Shown here: one piece after another, positions 1 to 8,741 of the stretch
Layout of the letters: each line of letters starts with the position of its first letter
How positions within the stretch are numbered: the stretch's first letter is position 1
Assembly (NCBI GenBank): GCA_963848295.1
Contig: CAWKDB010000010.1
Coordinates: 1,280,001 to 1,344,000 of the forward strand
From: an uncultured delta proteobacterium
GTDB lineage: Bacteria > Myxococcota_A > Polyangia > Haliangiales > Haliangiaceae
DNA length: 64,000 bases
Direction: 5' to 3'
Made by a program: the position numbers and the translations under genes
The notes under the pieces: generated by a model
Seen by the model: only the letters and a program-made list of their open reading frames with translations
Database searches by the model: none
What the model was told of the DNA's origin: nothing

Positions 1-456
1 GCGCCGGCCGGTGAGATCAACGCCCTCGGCGCGGTGTTCGAGAAGCTCGACGCGCAGAAGAGCGATCGCCCGGAGCTCGGCGACGCGAAGGTCGTCGTGT
101 CCGGCGGCCGTGGCATGCGCAACGGCGAGAACTTCAAGGTGCTCGAAGAGCTCGCCGACTTGCTCGGCGCCGCGATGGGCGCCTCGCGCGCCGCGACCGA
201 CGCGGGCATGGTCCCCGCCGATTGGCAGGTCGGCCAGACCGGCAAGATCGTCGCGCCGCAGCTGTACTTCGCGGTCGCGATCTCCGGCGCGATCCAGCAC
301 CTCGCCGGCATGAAGGGCAGCAAGACGATCGTCGCGATCAACAAGAAGGGCGACGAGCCGATCTTCCAGGTCGCCGACTACGGCATCGTGCAGGAGTGGG
401 AAAAAGCGATCCCCGAGCTCATCGCCGAGATCAAGAAGCTCAAGGCGACTCGGTAG
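1..456 (+). CDS. etfA: Electron transfer flavoprotein alpha subunit (5'-truncated by window)
   Basis: FAD-binding motifs [47 protein letters not shown]; frame is open from base 1. Confidence 0.96.
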   Translation, partial: APAGEINALGAVFEKLDAQKSDRPELGDAKVVVSGGRGMRNGENFKVLEELADLLGAAMGASRAATDAGMVPADWQVGQTGKIVAPQLYFAVAISGAIQHLAGMKGSKTIVAINKKGDEPIFQVADYGIVQEWEKAIPELIAEIKKLKATR

Positions 457-560
457 AGCGGTTACACGGGTGCAACACGTGCAACAGCGGTGCAACACGA
501 GAGCACCTGTTGCGCTGCGTCGTCGAGCGCGTCCAAGGCAGCCCTCGACGCGATCGCTGA

Positions 561-576
561 TGGCACGGTTGCTGCT
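561..576 (+). promoter_or_regulatory. Putative sigma54 (-24/-12) promoter
   Basis: TGGCACGGTTGCTGCT has GG-N10-GC and matches TGGCACG-N4-TTGC with one mismatch; it ends 12 nt before ATG 589. Confidence 0.65.
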
Positions 577-588
577 GAACGGCGAACG

Positions 589-1095
589 ATGATGTACAGA
601 ACGCTTATTCTCGGTCTAGCTGTCGCGTGCTCGAGCCACAAGGACGCCTCGTCGTCGTCGGCCCCCGGCAGAGCAGCCGCCGTGTCGTCGGCTCCGCTCC
701 CCGCGAAGCTCGACTGCAGCAACATCGTCTCACCGGAGATGCGAACCAAGTACTTCGCGAACCTCGAAGTACGCGACCACCCGGAGAGCATCGGCTCGGT
801 CGGCGAATGCCAGATACTCGCGAAGGATGGCGCGCTCGGGACGGTCAACGTGACCTGTCGCGGCAAGGTCGATCAAGATATCGCGCCGTCGGTCAAGATG
901 TTGAAGAAGTCGTTGCCGACCGCCGTGGATCTGCCCGGTGTCGGACGCGCCGCGCTGATCTCGCGTGACCCGGCGCTGACGTTCGTCGCGATGTGGGACG
1001 ACGATTCGCCGTGCAACGTCGTGATGCGCCTTCCGAGCGCGATCGACGCAGTCGCGTTCGCCAAAGATCTGATCGCGTACCTGCCGCCGAAGTGA
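589..1095 (+). CDS. Hypothetical lipoprotein
   Basis: MMYRTLILGLAVAC lipobox, Ser/Ala/Pro linker, small domain with four Cys; start moved from 490 to ATG 589. Confidence 0.75.
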   Translation: MMYRTLILGLAVACSSHKDASSSSAPGRAAAVSSAPLPAKLDCSNIVSPEMRTKYFANLEVRDHPESIGSVGECQILAKDGALGTVNVTCRGKVDQDIAPSVKMLKKSLPTAVDLPGVGRAALISRDPALTFVAMWDDDSPCNVVMRLPSAIDAVAFAKDLIAYLPPK

Positions 1096-1227
1096 GCTCG
1101 AGGCTAGTTGCCGATAGCCGGTTCGGCATCGCCTGTGGAAACGGCCGTCCGCCGGTACCGAGGATGCTCGCGGCAGGTGTGGAATGATGATCGGCATCCG
1201 AGACGATTTTTTCGATACACTGGTGGC

Positions 1228-2433
1228 GTGCGAGGGTGGATCACGGTGCTTGGATGTGGCTTGGTCGCGGCCTGCTATCACGGCGCCGCCCCGGCCGGAG
1301 CCGCGTGCTCGCCCGAGGGTGACTGTCCAACCGGCCTGACTTGCTACGGTGGCTACTGCCTCGCGGCGCCCGACGACAGCGGCGGCGTCACGCCGGACGG
1401 CCGCCCGGTCGATGTCGGCCCGTGCACGACGTTCTCGAGTCAGTTCGACACCTGTGCACTGATGTTCGGGGACGGCATCGTGATCTCCGATAACGTCACG
1501 TTCGACACCGACACGCTCGAGTTCTCCGCCGATTCAACGGTCGTCGGTGTGGTCGAGCCGGGCGGCGCCACGAAGATCTCGGTGGTCGAGACCACGAGCT
1601 TCACGATCCTGGCTGGCGGGTCGTTGCGCGTCGTCGGCTCGCGTCCATTCGGGATCGCAGCGAGTGGCGACGTCACGCTCGATGGCGAGATCGATGCGGT
1701 CGGCGGGGCCGGCTCGCGAGCGATATGCGGCGCATCGACGGGCGGCACCGGCACTCAACACACCGGCGGCGCGCCCGGCGCGGGTGGATTCGGGTTCCAA
1801 GGCATGGGCGGCGCGGGCACGTCGGGCGACAAGAACACCGGCCCGGTGCAAGGCGCGGCGGCGGGAGCGGCGGCGGCGCTTCCCGCGGGCCCGCTCGGCG
1901 GTTGTACGGGTGGCGTCGGTGGCATGGGCGCGACCGGCGCAGGCGGTGTCGGCGGCGCGGGCGGCGGCGCGGTGTACATCGCGGCCGGCGGGACCATCAC
2001 CGTCGGGTCCGGGGGCGTGATCAACGCCGGTGGCCAAGGCGGCGGCGGTGGCGTGACCGCAGATGGCGGCGGCGGCGGCGGTGGCTCGGGCGGCATGATC
2101 CTGCTCGAGGCGCCGGTGGTGAACCTCTCCGGTGTGCTCGCGGCCAACGGCGGCGGCGGCGGCGGTGGAGCAGACGCATCGGATTCGGCCCACGCGGGTC
2201 AGGCCGGACAGGCGTCGGCGGCGGCGGCGATGGGCGGCGCCCCGAGCAATTCCGGCGGTGCAGGAGCCGTCGGATCGGCGGGCAATGCCCTCGATGGTGC
2301 GACGATCTCCACGATCCCGAACGGGGCGGGCGGCGGTGGCGGCGGCGGCGCGGGGTTCATCGCGATCGCCGCTTCCGTGCAGACGGGCGAGAGCACCAGC
2401 ATCACCTCTCCGGGCGTCACTCCGTGGCCGTGA
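1228..2433 (+). CDS. Gly-rich secreted/lipoprotein with Cys-rich N-terminal module
   Basis: GTG start, LVAAC lipobox, CSPEGDCPTGLTCYGGYC module, long GGGGG-rich repeats (GGGGGSGGMILLEA). Confidence 0.75.
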   Translation: MRGWITVLGCGLVAACYHGAAPAGAACSPEGDCPTGLTCYGGYCLAAPDDSGGVTPDGRPVDVGPCTTFSSQFDTCALMFGDGIVISDNVTFDTDTLEFSADSTVVGVVEPGGATKISVVETTSFTILAGGSLRVVGSRPFGIAASGDVTLDGEIDAVGGAGSRAICGASTGGTGTQHTGGAPGAGGFGFQGMGGAGTSGDKNTGPVQGAAAGAAAALPAGPLGGCTGGVGGMGATGAGGVGGAGGGAVYIAAGGTITVGSGGVINAGGQGGGGGVTADGGGGGGGSGGMILLEAPVVNLSGVLAANGGGGGGGADASDSAHAGQAGQASAAAAMGGAPSNSGGAGAVGSAGNALDGATISTIPNGAGGGGGGGAGFIAIAASVQTGESTSITSPGVTPWP

Positions 2434-2489
2434 CCTGCGCCACGCGTCGGTGACGATTTCGTCGCATGCGTCGCGGTATGCTCGCGGCG

Positions 2490-3773
2490 ATGGGGATCTC
2501 GATACGAATCGGGTTGTTGCTGATCGCCGCGTGCGGCACGAGCTCGCGCAAGCCCGGCAGTTGTGACGGTCCCTGCCCGGCGTCGAAGATCGATCACCTC
2601 GTGGTTGTCATCCAGGAGAACCACACCTTCGACACGTACTTCGGGAAATATTGCACGGCCGCGACCGGATCGAATCCAACTTGTAACGCAGGCCCGAGCT
2701 GCTGCGAGGCGGGCCCGGCGACCGATCCGAGCGGCGCGTCGCCGAAGCTCCTCGACGACACCGAGAACGGCTCGTACGACCCCGACCACGCTCAATTCTG
2801 CGAGCTGATGGAGGCCGACAGCGGCGCGATGGACATGTACACCGCCGGCGTCATGGGGTGCTCGGACCCGCGCAACTTCGCCTACGCCGACCCAGGCGTG
2901 GTGGCGCCGTACTGGCAGCTCGCGACCGATGGCGCGCTCGCCGATCGTTACTTTCAACCGGTCTCAGGCCAGAGCTCGTCGAACGACATGTACTTCGCGC
3001 GCTCGCAGTTCGTGTTCCTCGACAACACCTACGAGCCGCCGGCGGTCGGCGCTCAATGCAGCCTGGTCGTCGGTCCGATGACGTTCACCGACCCGACGAT
3101 CGGCGATCTCCTCGATACCGCGGGCGTGTCGTGGTCGTTCTACGCCGAAGGCTATGACGTCATGGCGACCGCGACGAAGGCCGCGACCTGCCCGAGGGCG
3201 CCGGCCGACTGCCCGTTCGGGATCGGCATCTATCCGTGCGTGTTCGATCCCGATGACGACCCGTTCGAGTTCTACCCGGGCCTGACCGACAATCCGAACG
3301 TGCTGCGCGACTACGCCAAGCTCGCCGCCGACCTCAAGAACAACACGTTGCCGCAGGTCGTGTTCGTCAAGGGCCTCGGCTACCACACCGAGCATCCAGG
3401 CGAAGGCACCGCGATCAGCGACGGCGAGACGTTCGTCACCGGCGTGATCGACGCGATCCAAGCGAGCGACTACGCGCCGGATACCCTCGTGCTCGTGACC
3501 TGGGACGAAGGCGGCGGCTTCTTCGATCACCTCGCACCTCCCGGCAACGGCGCGGTCGACGGCCAGCCGTACGGCACTCGCATCCCGCTCCTCGCGGTCG
3601 GCCCGTTCGCGGCATCGGGCACCGTCTCGCACGTTCAAATGGAGCACTCGTCGATCGTTCGCTTCATCGAGTGGAACTGGCTCGGCATGCAGACCGGCCA
3701 GCTCGCCGGTCGCGACCAGTCCGTCGCGAACATCGGCAGCATGCTCGACCCGAGCGCGAACATTCCGGAGTAG
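2490..3773 (+). CDS. Phosphoesterase family lipoprotein (phospholipase C/AcpA-like)
   Basis: HLVVVIQENHTFDTYFG, TEHP, WDEGGGFFDH, YGTRIP, EHSSIVRFIE motifs; LIAAC lipobox. Confidence 0.9.
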   Translation: MGISIRIGLLLIAACGTSSRKPGSCDGPCPASKIDHLVVVIQENHTFDTYFGKYCTAATGSNPTCNAGPSCCEAGPATDPSGASPKLLDDTENGSYDPDHAQFCELMEADSGAMDMYTAGVMGCSDPRNFAYADPGVVAPYWQLATDGALADRYFQPVSGQSSSNDMYFARSQFVFLDNTYEPPAVGAQCSLVVGPMTFTDPTIGDLLDTAGVSWSFYAEGYDVMATATKAATCPRAPADCPFGIGIYPCVFDPDDDPFEFYPGLTDNPNVLRDYAKLAADLKNNTLPQVVFVKGLGYHTEHPGEGTAISDGETFVTGVIDAIQASDYAPDTLVLVTWDEGGGFFDHLAPPGNGAVDGQPYGTRIPLLAVGPFAASGTVSHVQMEHSSIVRFIEWNWLGMQTGQLAGRDQSVANIGSMLDPSANIPE

Positions 3774-3874
3774 GGGACGCTGTCGCTTTTGTCAACTTGC
3801 ACGCCGACCCCCGTCGTCTATTCACCTGAGTTGCTTCGGCAAATTTGGGGACGCTGTCGCTTTTGTCAACTTGC
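3773..3874. repeat. Two exact 28-bp direct repeats GGGGACGCTGTCGCTTTTGTCAACTTGC (3773-3800, 3847-3874) with a 46-bp spacer
   Basis: Read directly; lies between convergent stop codons. Confidence 0.92.
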
Positions 3875-3907
3875 GGCTTTGCGCCGTCGTAGCGTTCGCA
3901 CGGAGAT

Positions 3908-5482
3908 TCAGAGCGTCTTCAGGTACTCGATGACGTCCGCCGCGCCGCGCGCGCCGAGGTCGGCGAGGAACGGATGGCCCAGGACCGAGAACCCGGGCTT
4001 CGTGCCGTCTTCGAGGTAGTCCCCTGTGGCTGGCGTCGCCGTGGCCGCGCGGGTCGCGATGCCGATCGCGGCGATGTCGTACGGCTCGTCGAGCGCGTAG
4101 ATCACGCGAGGCGCGCGCTGGGCCGGTGGCGTCGCCATCACCGCGAGGCTCGCCCACTGGCCGGCGTGGCCGTAGGGGCCGCGCGCCCACACGTTGGTCA
4201 ACACCGGCGGCACGTAGCCGGTGCTGCGCGTGAACGTCGTGTAGCCGTGGGTCAGCGTGCGATCGTTGGCCGCCGCCTCGAACGACGCGGTCGGTGCCGC
4301 CATCCGCGCGGGGTCGGTGCCAACGTCGGCGATCGCGACGACGTTGTCGGTGTAGTCGCGCACGCGCCCGTCGTCGCCGTACGTACCGTGACACGGCGCG
4401 CAGTTGTCGTTGAACGCCTTGTGACCGCGAGCGGCCGCTGCGCGATCGATCTTGCCCGGGAACGCGGGCCGCGGCGCCGGCTGGCGGAGATACGCGCCGA
4501 GGCTCGCTCCCTGAAACGGATGGCGCTCGAGCCACGCCGCACGCAGGCCGATCGCGACATCAGCCTCGACGACCTGCAGATCCATCGAGCCTTGCCCGGA
4601 GCCATCCCACGACAGCGACGTGCGCTGCGCGAAGCCGATGACATCGGGAATCTTCGCCCAGCCGACGTCGGCCTCGTGCTGCACGGGGTGATGCGTCAGC
4701 AGCTGGAGCGTCAGCGCGAAGCTCTCGATCGTCGCGACGCGTCCGGGCGGATCCGCGAGGGTGCGCTCGACGAGGTCCTTGTGGTCGGCGGCGCGCTTTG
4801 TGATCGCCGTGATCGTCGCGGCGACGAGCGTGTCGGCGTAGGTGTCGGGCCACTCGATGTGGTGCTCGGCCGCCGCCGCGCGCGCGAGCTTCGCGATGTG
4901 CTCGGGCGTGAACTCGCGCTCCAGTGCGAGCTCGACAAAGGCGCGATCGTAGGCGTGAACCCGCACGCGCTTGTTGCCGAGCCCGATGATCACCTGGTTG
5001 CCAATCTTCTCGGCGTGACACAGCGAGCAGTTCGTCACGATGAACGGCACGCGCGTGCCGGGATCGACGGTCAGGTGCATCCCGACCGGCAAGCCCTCGC
5101 GCAGATCCAGGTCTTTGCTGGTCGGCACCGGTGCGCGTGCGATGAACCCGTACTTCGCGGCGAGCGCCTGCGGGTTCGCGCCGAACTTCGCCGGGAACGC
5201 GCGCTGCAGCGCGAGGAAGATCGGATACGGCACGCCGGTTCGATACGGGTCGCCGACGCCGGTGCGCGCAAAGATCGCCTCGCCCGCGTCGCGCGAGACT
5301 CGCGCGATGTCGTACTCCGCAGGCTCCGACATCAGATCGGCCGGACTCGGCATCGTCGCAGCGACGGTCGGCTCCGGTGACGGCATCGGCGAGCTCGGAT
5401 CGATCGGCCCCGGACCCTCGTCCGCCTGGTGTCGACACGACGCGAGGGCCGCGAGCGCGGCGACAGCTACGAGGGTCCGCAT
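3908..5482 (-). CDS. Dihaem c-type cytochrome lipoprotein, RoxA/CCP-MauG-like
   Basis: Two CxxCH motifs (NCSLCH, NCAPCH), VGTDPAR, YVPPVLTNVWARGPYGHAG, C-terminal GH..VIEYLKTL; start MRTLVAVAALAALASC at 5482. Confidence 0.8.
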   Translation of the reverse strand: MRTLVAVAALAALASCRHQADEGPGPIDPSSPMPSPEPTVAATMPSPADLMSEPAEYDIARVSRDAGEAIFARTGVGDPYRTGVPYPIFLALQRAFPAKFGANPQALAAKYGFIARAPVPTSKDLDLREGLPVGMHLTVDPGTRVPFIVTNCSLCHAEKIGNQVIIGLGNKRVRVHAYDRAFVELALEREFTPEHIAKLARAAAAEHHIEWPDTYADTLVAATITAITKRAADHKDLVERTLADPPGRVATIESFALTLQLLTHHPVQHEADVGWAKIPDVIGFAQRTSLSWDGSGQGSMDLQVVEADVAIGLRAAWLERHPFQGASLGAYLRQPAPRPAFPGKIDRAAAARGHKAFNDNCAPCHGTYGDDGRVRDYTDNVVAIADVGTDPARMAAPTASFEAAANDRTLTHGYTTFTRSTGYVPPVLTNVWARGPYGHAGQWASLAVMATPPAQRAPRVIYALDEPYDIAAIGIATRAATATPATGDYLEDGTKPGFSVLGHPFLADLGARGAADVIEYLKTL

Positions 5483-5519
5483 GGCCGGACTGTGCCGAGT
5501 TCCGCCTTTCACTACAACT

Positions 5520-5831
5520 GCTGAGCGTCCCAAGCCGAACCCGACGCCGAAGATCCAGCCGAGCCCTTGTGGCAGAACGAGCATGCGAAGGTCGAGCTCG
5601 GCCTCGAGCACGGGCCAGTGAAAATTGCGATCGAGCAGTCGTAGCCGGCGCGGATCCCGATGAGGCCGTCGGGCTGGACCTGGCGACCGAGCGCGGTGTC
5701 GTCGTAGATCGCCGCGCCGCCACCGAGCTCGGCGTCGACGAACAGGTCGAGCGTGCTCTGGTTTCTGCTCAGCGGCTTGGTCACCAGCTCGTGGCGCACC
5801 GCGAGCTGACCGCGAGCGCCGAAGACGTGCA
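5520..5831 (-). pseudogene. 3' part of IS-interrupted outer-membrane beta-barrel-like gene
   Basis: VHVFGARGQLAVRHELV..LDLFVDAELGGGAAIY..DGLIGIRAGYD, then after a frameshift EAELDLRMLVLPQGLGWIFGVGFG; alternating amphipathic strands. Confidence 0.65.
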
Positions 5832-8145
5832 CCAGAGTTCGGGCCGCATTTCGTGAACTGATCGAATGACGCGGGTTTACGAGAATTCGATTAGATCGAT
5901 GGATTGTGGGAATTTCGGATCGCTGGCGGTTGTCTTGGCAACGATGGAAGCTCTCGACCTCGCCTTGCCTGAGCCGTCGCCAAAGCCCGCCCACGAAATC
6001 CGGCGTTTCTCGTCGGACGGGGTGGTGATCGTCCGGGACACGATCGCGAGCGTGTACATCGGCGGGACGCTGATCGGCGGGTTCGATCTGGACGACGATG
6101 ACCGCGGCCCTCGCAACGTACTGGCAGTGACGCTCGCGAAAACCGATCAGTTCCACCTCGGGCGACTGGCAACAGCATTCGGGATCACGGACGAACATTT
6201 GCGGCGCCTGCGGCGGAAGGAAGAAGCCGCGGGGTTTGCTGCGGTGCTGGGACCGCGACGCGGAGGAGTTACGAAGGTAACGCGGGAGTTGCGAACTGTT
6301 TGGTACGCGATGTTCGACGCGGGGCGAATGCCGATCGACGCGCACCGCGAACAGCCGCGCAAACAGCGCCTCGTGTATTCGACGGTGTGGCGCGTTTGGG
6401 ACGACTGGCGTCGTGAGCGCGCCGCCGGGAGCCCTGTCGAGGCGGCACGGCAGGCCGCGCCGACCGCGATCGCCGGGCAGCTCGCACTGCTGATCGCCGG
6501 ACCGGATCGCGATGTCGACCTCGGCGACGATCCGGTCACGGCCGACGAATTCGACGACAAGGATCAGGTGCCGATGACGGCGCAGCCGGTCCGCGGCGGA
6601 AAGCTCGTGCAGCACGCCGGCTGCTGGATCTTGCTCGCGCTTGCCGGCGAGATGGGGCTGCACGAAGAGGCGCAGCGCGCGTTCGAGGGCCGGCATCCCG
6701 ATGGGCTGCGGATCGCGCTCGACGCGGTGATCTGTGCGCTCGCGCTCAAGCAATTCGTCGTCGAGGGTGTGCGCCGACTCGCGACACCGACCGGCGCGAC
6801 GCTGCTGCGCGCCGAGCGCGTGCCCACGGCCAGCGGGGTCCGCAAGATCCTCGGTCGATTGCTCGCACAGACCGACGCCGGCGCCGCGCTGGAGGCACGG
6901 ATGGCCGAGCGGCTGATCGCAACCGCAGCGAGCGACGGCGCCCCGGCGATCTTCTACGTCGACAACCATCTACGGCCGTATACGGGCAAGCATGTCGTGC
7001 GAAAGGGCTGGCGGATGCAGGCCAAGCGCGTGCTGCCCGGGACGACCGACTACTACGTCCACGACGAGGACGGCCGGCCGATGTTTCGCGTGCCGGTGCC
7101 GTCGCACGATCACCTGACCGAGTGGCTGCTGCCCCTGGGCCAGCGCCTGCGCAAAGCGCTCGGCCCCGACGAGACGATCCTGCTCGCCTTCGATCGCGGT
7201 GGTGCGTTTGCCGCGCAACTCGCGGCGCTGCGCGAGGCCCACTTCGACTTCGTCACGTACGAGCGAAAGCCCTACGCCGAGCTGCCGGCGACGGCGTTTA
7301 CAGCGGCGACGATCGCGGGCGAACAGGTCGGGCTGCACGAGAGCCGATTGCGAAATCTCGGCGAGGGTCGCGGGCGCCTTCGTCGCATCATGGTCTGCAC
7401 CGAAGATGGTCGACAGGTGAGCTTGCTCGCCGCCTCGAAGCTGCCCGCGGAGCGGCTCGTCGAGATCCTGTGGCTCCGCTGGCGCCAGGAGAACGGCTTC
7501 AAGCACGGGGTCGAGCGCTGGGGCATCAACCAGCTCGACGGCCGGCGCGTCGAACCGTATCCACCCGGGACGATCATCCCGAACCCGGCACGTCGAAAGC
7601 TCGAGCGCGCGCTGCGGGTCTGGCGCACCGCCGAGGGCGACGCACGCCGCGAGCTGGCGCGGCTGGCCGCGGACGACAAGCGACGCGAGCGTGTCGAACG
7701 CGAGCTCGCAGAGTCGCTCGAATGGCAGCGGCAGCTCGAGGCGCTCCGCCCGCTGTTTCCGAAGCACGCCGCCGTCGAAGAGACCGAGCTCGCCGGCAAG
7801 CTCGTCCGCCACACGGGCAAGCTCAAGACTGTCATCGACGTCATCCGCGTCGTCTGCGCCAACGCCGAGTCCGAGCTGGCCGCGATCGCCGCACCGCACA
7901 TGAGCCGGCCCCGAGAGGCGAAGAAGCTCGTCGCGAACCTGTTCGCCGCGCCGGCAAAGGTGGCAATCACCGAACACGCCATCATCGTCCGCCTCGCGCC
8001 CGCAGCCAATCGATCCGAGCTCGACGCGATTCATCATCTGCTCGGTCATCTTACCCAGCGCGGCCTGATCCTGCCGAGTGATCACAAGCGCCTTCCCCTA
8101 CGCTTCGAAACCCAACTCCAATGAGATCAGCGTCCCGAAGTCTGG
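5832..8145 (+). mobile_element. Insertion sequence, 2,314 bp, 16-bp imperfect terminal IRs, 4-bp TGCA target duplication
   Basis: IRL 5832-5847 CCAGAGTTCGGGCCGC; IRR 8130-8145 reverse complement CCAGACTTCGGGACGC (14/16); TGCA at 5828-5831 and 8146-8149. Confidence 0.88.
5866..8124 (+). CDS. DDE transposase (IS4-superfamily-like/unclassified) with N-terminal HTH
   Basis: FYVDNH (D366), AFDRGG (D443), RWRQENGFK (E542, YREK-like); HTH-like LGRLATAFGITDEHLRRLRRK; fills the space between the IRs. Start could be 5899 or 5944. Confidence 0.85.
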   Translation: MTRVYENSIRSMDCGNFGSLAVVLATMEALDLALPEPSPKPAHEIRRFSSDGVVIVRDTIASVYIGGTLIGGFDLDDDDRGPRNVLAVTLAKTDQFHLGRLATAFGITDEHLRRLRRKEEAAGFAAVLGPRRGGVTKVTRELRTVWYAMFDAGRMPIDAHREQPRKQRLVYSTVWRVWDDWRRERAAGSPVEAARQAAPTAIAGQLALLIAGPDRDVDLGDDPVTADEFDDKDQVPMTAQPVRGGKLVQHAGCWILLALAGEMGLHEEAQRAFEGRHPDGLRIALDAVICALALKQFVVEGVRRLATPTGATLLRAERVPTASGVRKILGRLLAQTDAGAALEARMAERLIATAASDGAPAIFYVDNHLRPYTGKHVVRKGWRMQAKRVLPGTTDYYVHDEDGRPMFRVPVPSHDHLTEWLLPLGQRLRKALGPDETILLAFDRGGAFAAQLAALREAHFDFVTYERKPYAELPATAFTAATIAGEQVGLHESRLRNLGEGRGRLRRIMVCTEDGRQVSLLAASKLPAERLVEILWLRWRQENGFKHGVERWGINQLDGRRVEPYPPGTIIPNPARRKLERALRVWRTAEGDARRELARLAADDKRRERVERELAESLEWQRQLEALRPLFPKHAAVEETELAGKLVRHTGKLKTVIDVIRVVCANAESELAAIAAPHMSRPREAKKLVANLFAAPAKVAITEHAIIVRLAPAANRSELDAIHHLLGHLTQRGLILPSDHKRLPLRFETQLQ

Positions 8146-8605
8146 TGCACGTCCATCGGCACATCCGAGCTCTGTTGCAACCACAGCAGCTCGCCTTCGC
8201 CGGCGAGCCGCCAACCCGGCAACACGGTGACGACCGCGGCGAGCCCGATCGCGTAGTCGGTGCGGTGCTCGTCCGCATCGCGAGATCGAAGAAGCCCGGG
8301 CGATCGCGCACGATCGTGCGGTGCTCGTGGATGCCGCCGAGATGGCTCGCATCCGTAAACAGGCCAAGCGCGGGTTGATAGAGTGGGACGATCGCGTCGG
8401 GAGCCGGTGCGGGCGCCGGCAGCAACGCGGCTCCGATCGGCTCGCCGATGGGAATAGCAATGCCGGCCGGGTCGGTAGTTGTCGCCGAGACCTCGTCGGC
8501 GTCTGGGACGTCGGTCGCGTCAGGCAGCGGATCGTCCGCGCGCGCCGAGCCGGTGAGCGAGGGCGCGATAGCCGCGGTCGCGAGCAACGGTTGGACGAGC
8601 GCCAT
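8146..8605 (-). pseudogene. 5' part of IS-interrupted outer-membrane-like gene
   Basis: Signal-like MALVQPLLATAAIAPSLTGSARA and acidic/Pro linker; after a frameshift near 8280, DEHRTDYAIGLAAVVTVLPGWRLAGEGELLWLQQSSDVPMD joins in frame to VHVFGARG across the IS. Confidence 0.65.
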
Positions 8606-8741
8606 CGTCGATCCGGACGTCGGCCCCTGCGAGGAGTCGCGCGCCAGTGCGTAACTTTGCACCCCGATCGCCCGCCCGACGCGCCGACTTGACTACATCG
8701 GTTCCGTGCTACAAACGTCTCGGACATCGAAGAGGATTCCC

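Noticed and set aside
1750..2360. GGC tandem repeats as a DNA repeat element or PE-PGRS gene
   Set aside because: They simply encode Gly-rich protein repeats; there is no PE domain.
3773..3874. CRISPR array
   Set aside because: Only two repeats, no cas genes or AT-rich leader in the window, and related copies are dispersed at other convergent intergenic sites.
5483..5611. N-terminal extension of the cytochrome ORF (MLEAELDLR..)
   Set aside because: It looks like the C-terminal strands of the upstream disrupted barrel gene; the lipoprotein signal starts at 5482.
5824..5847. 24-bp IS inverted repeat beginning GACGTGCA
   Set aside because: The outer 8 bp are better explained by a palindromic target plus TGCA duplication, because that boundary restores the interrupted reading frame.
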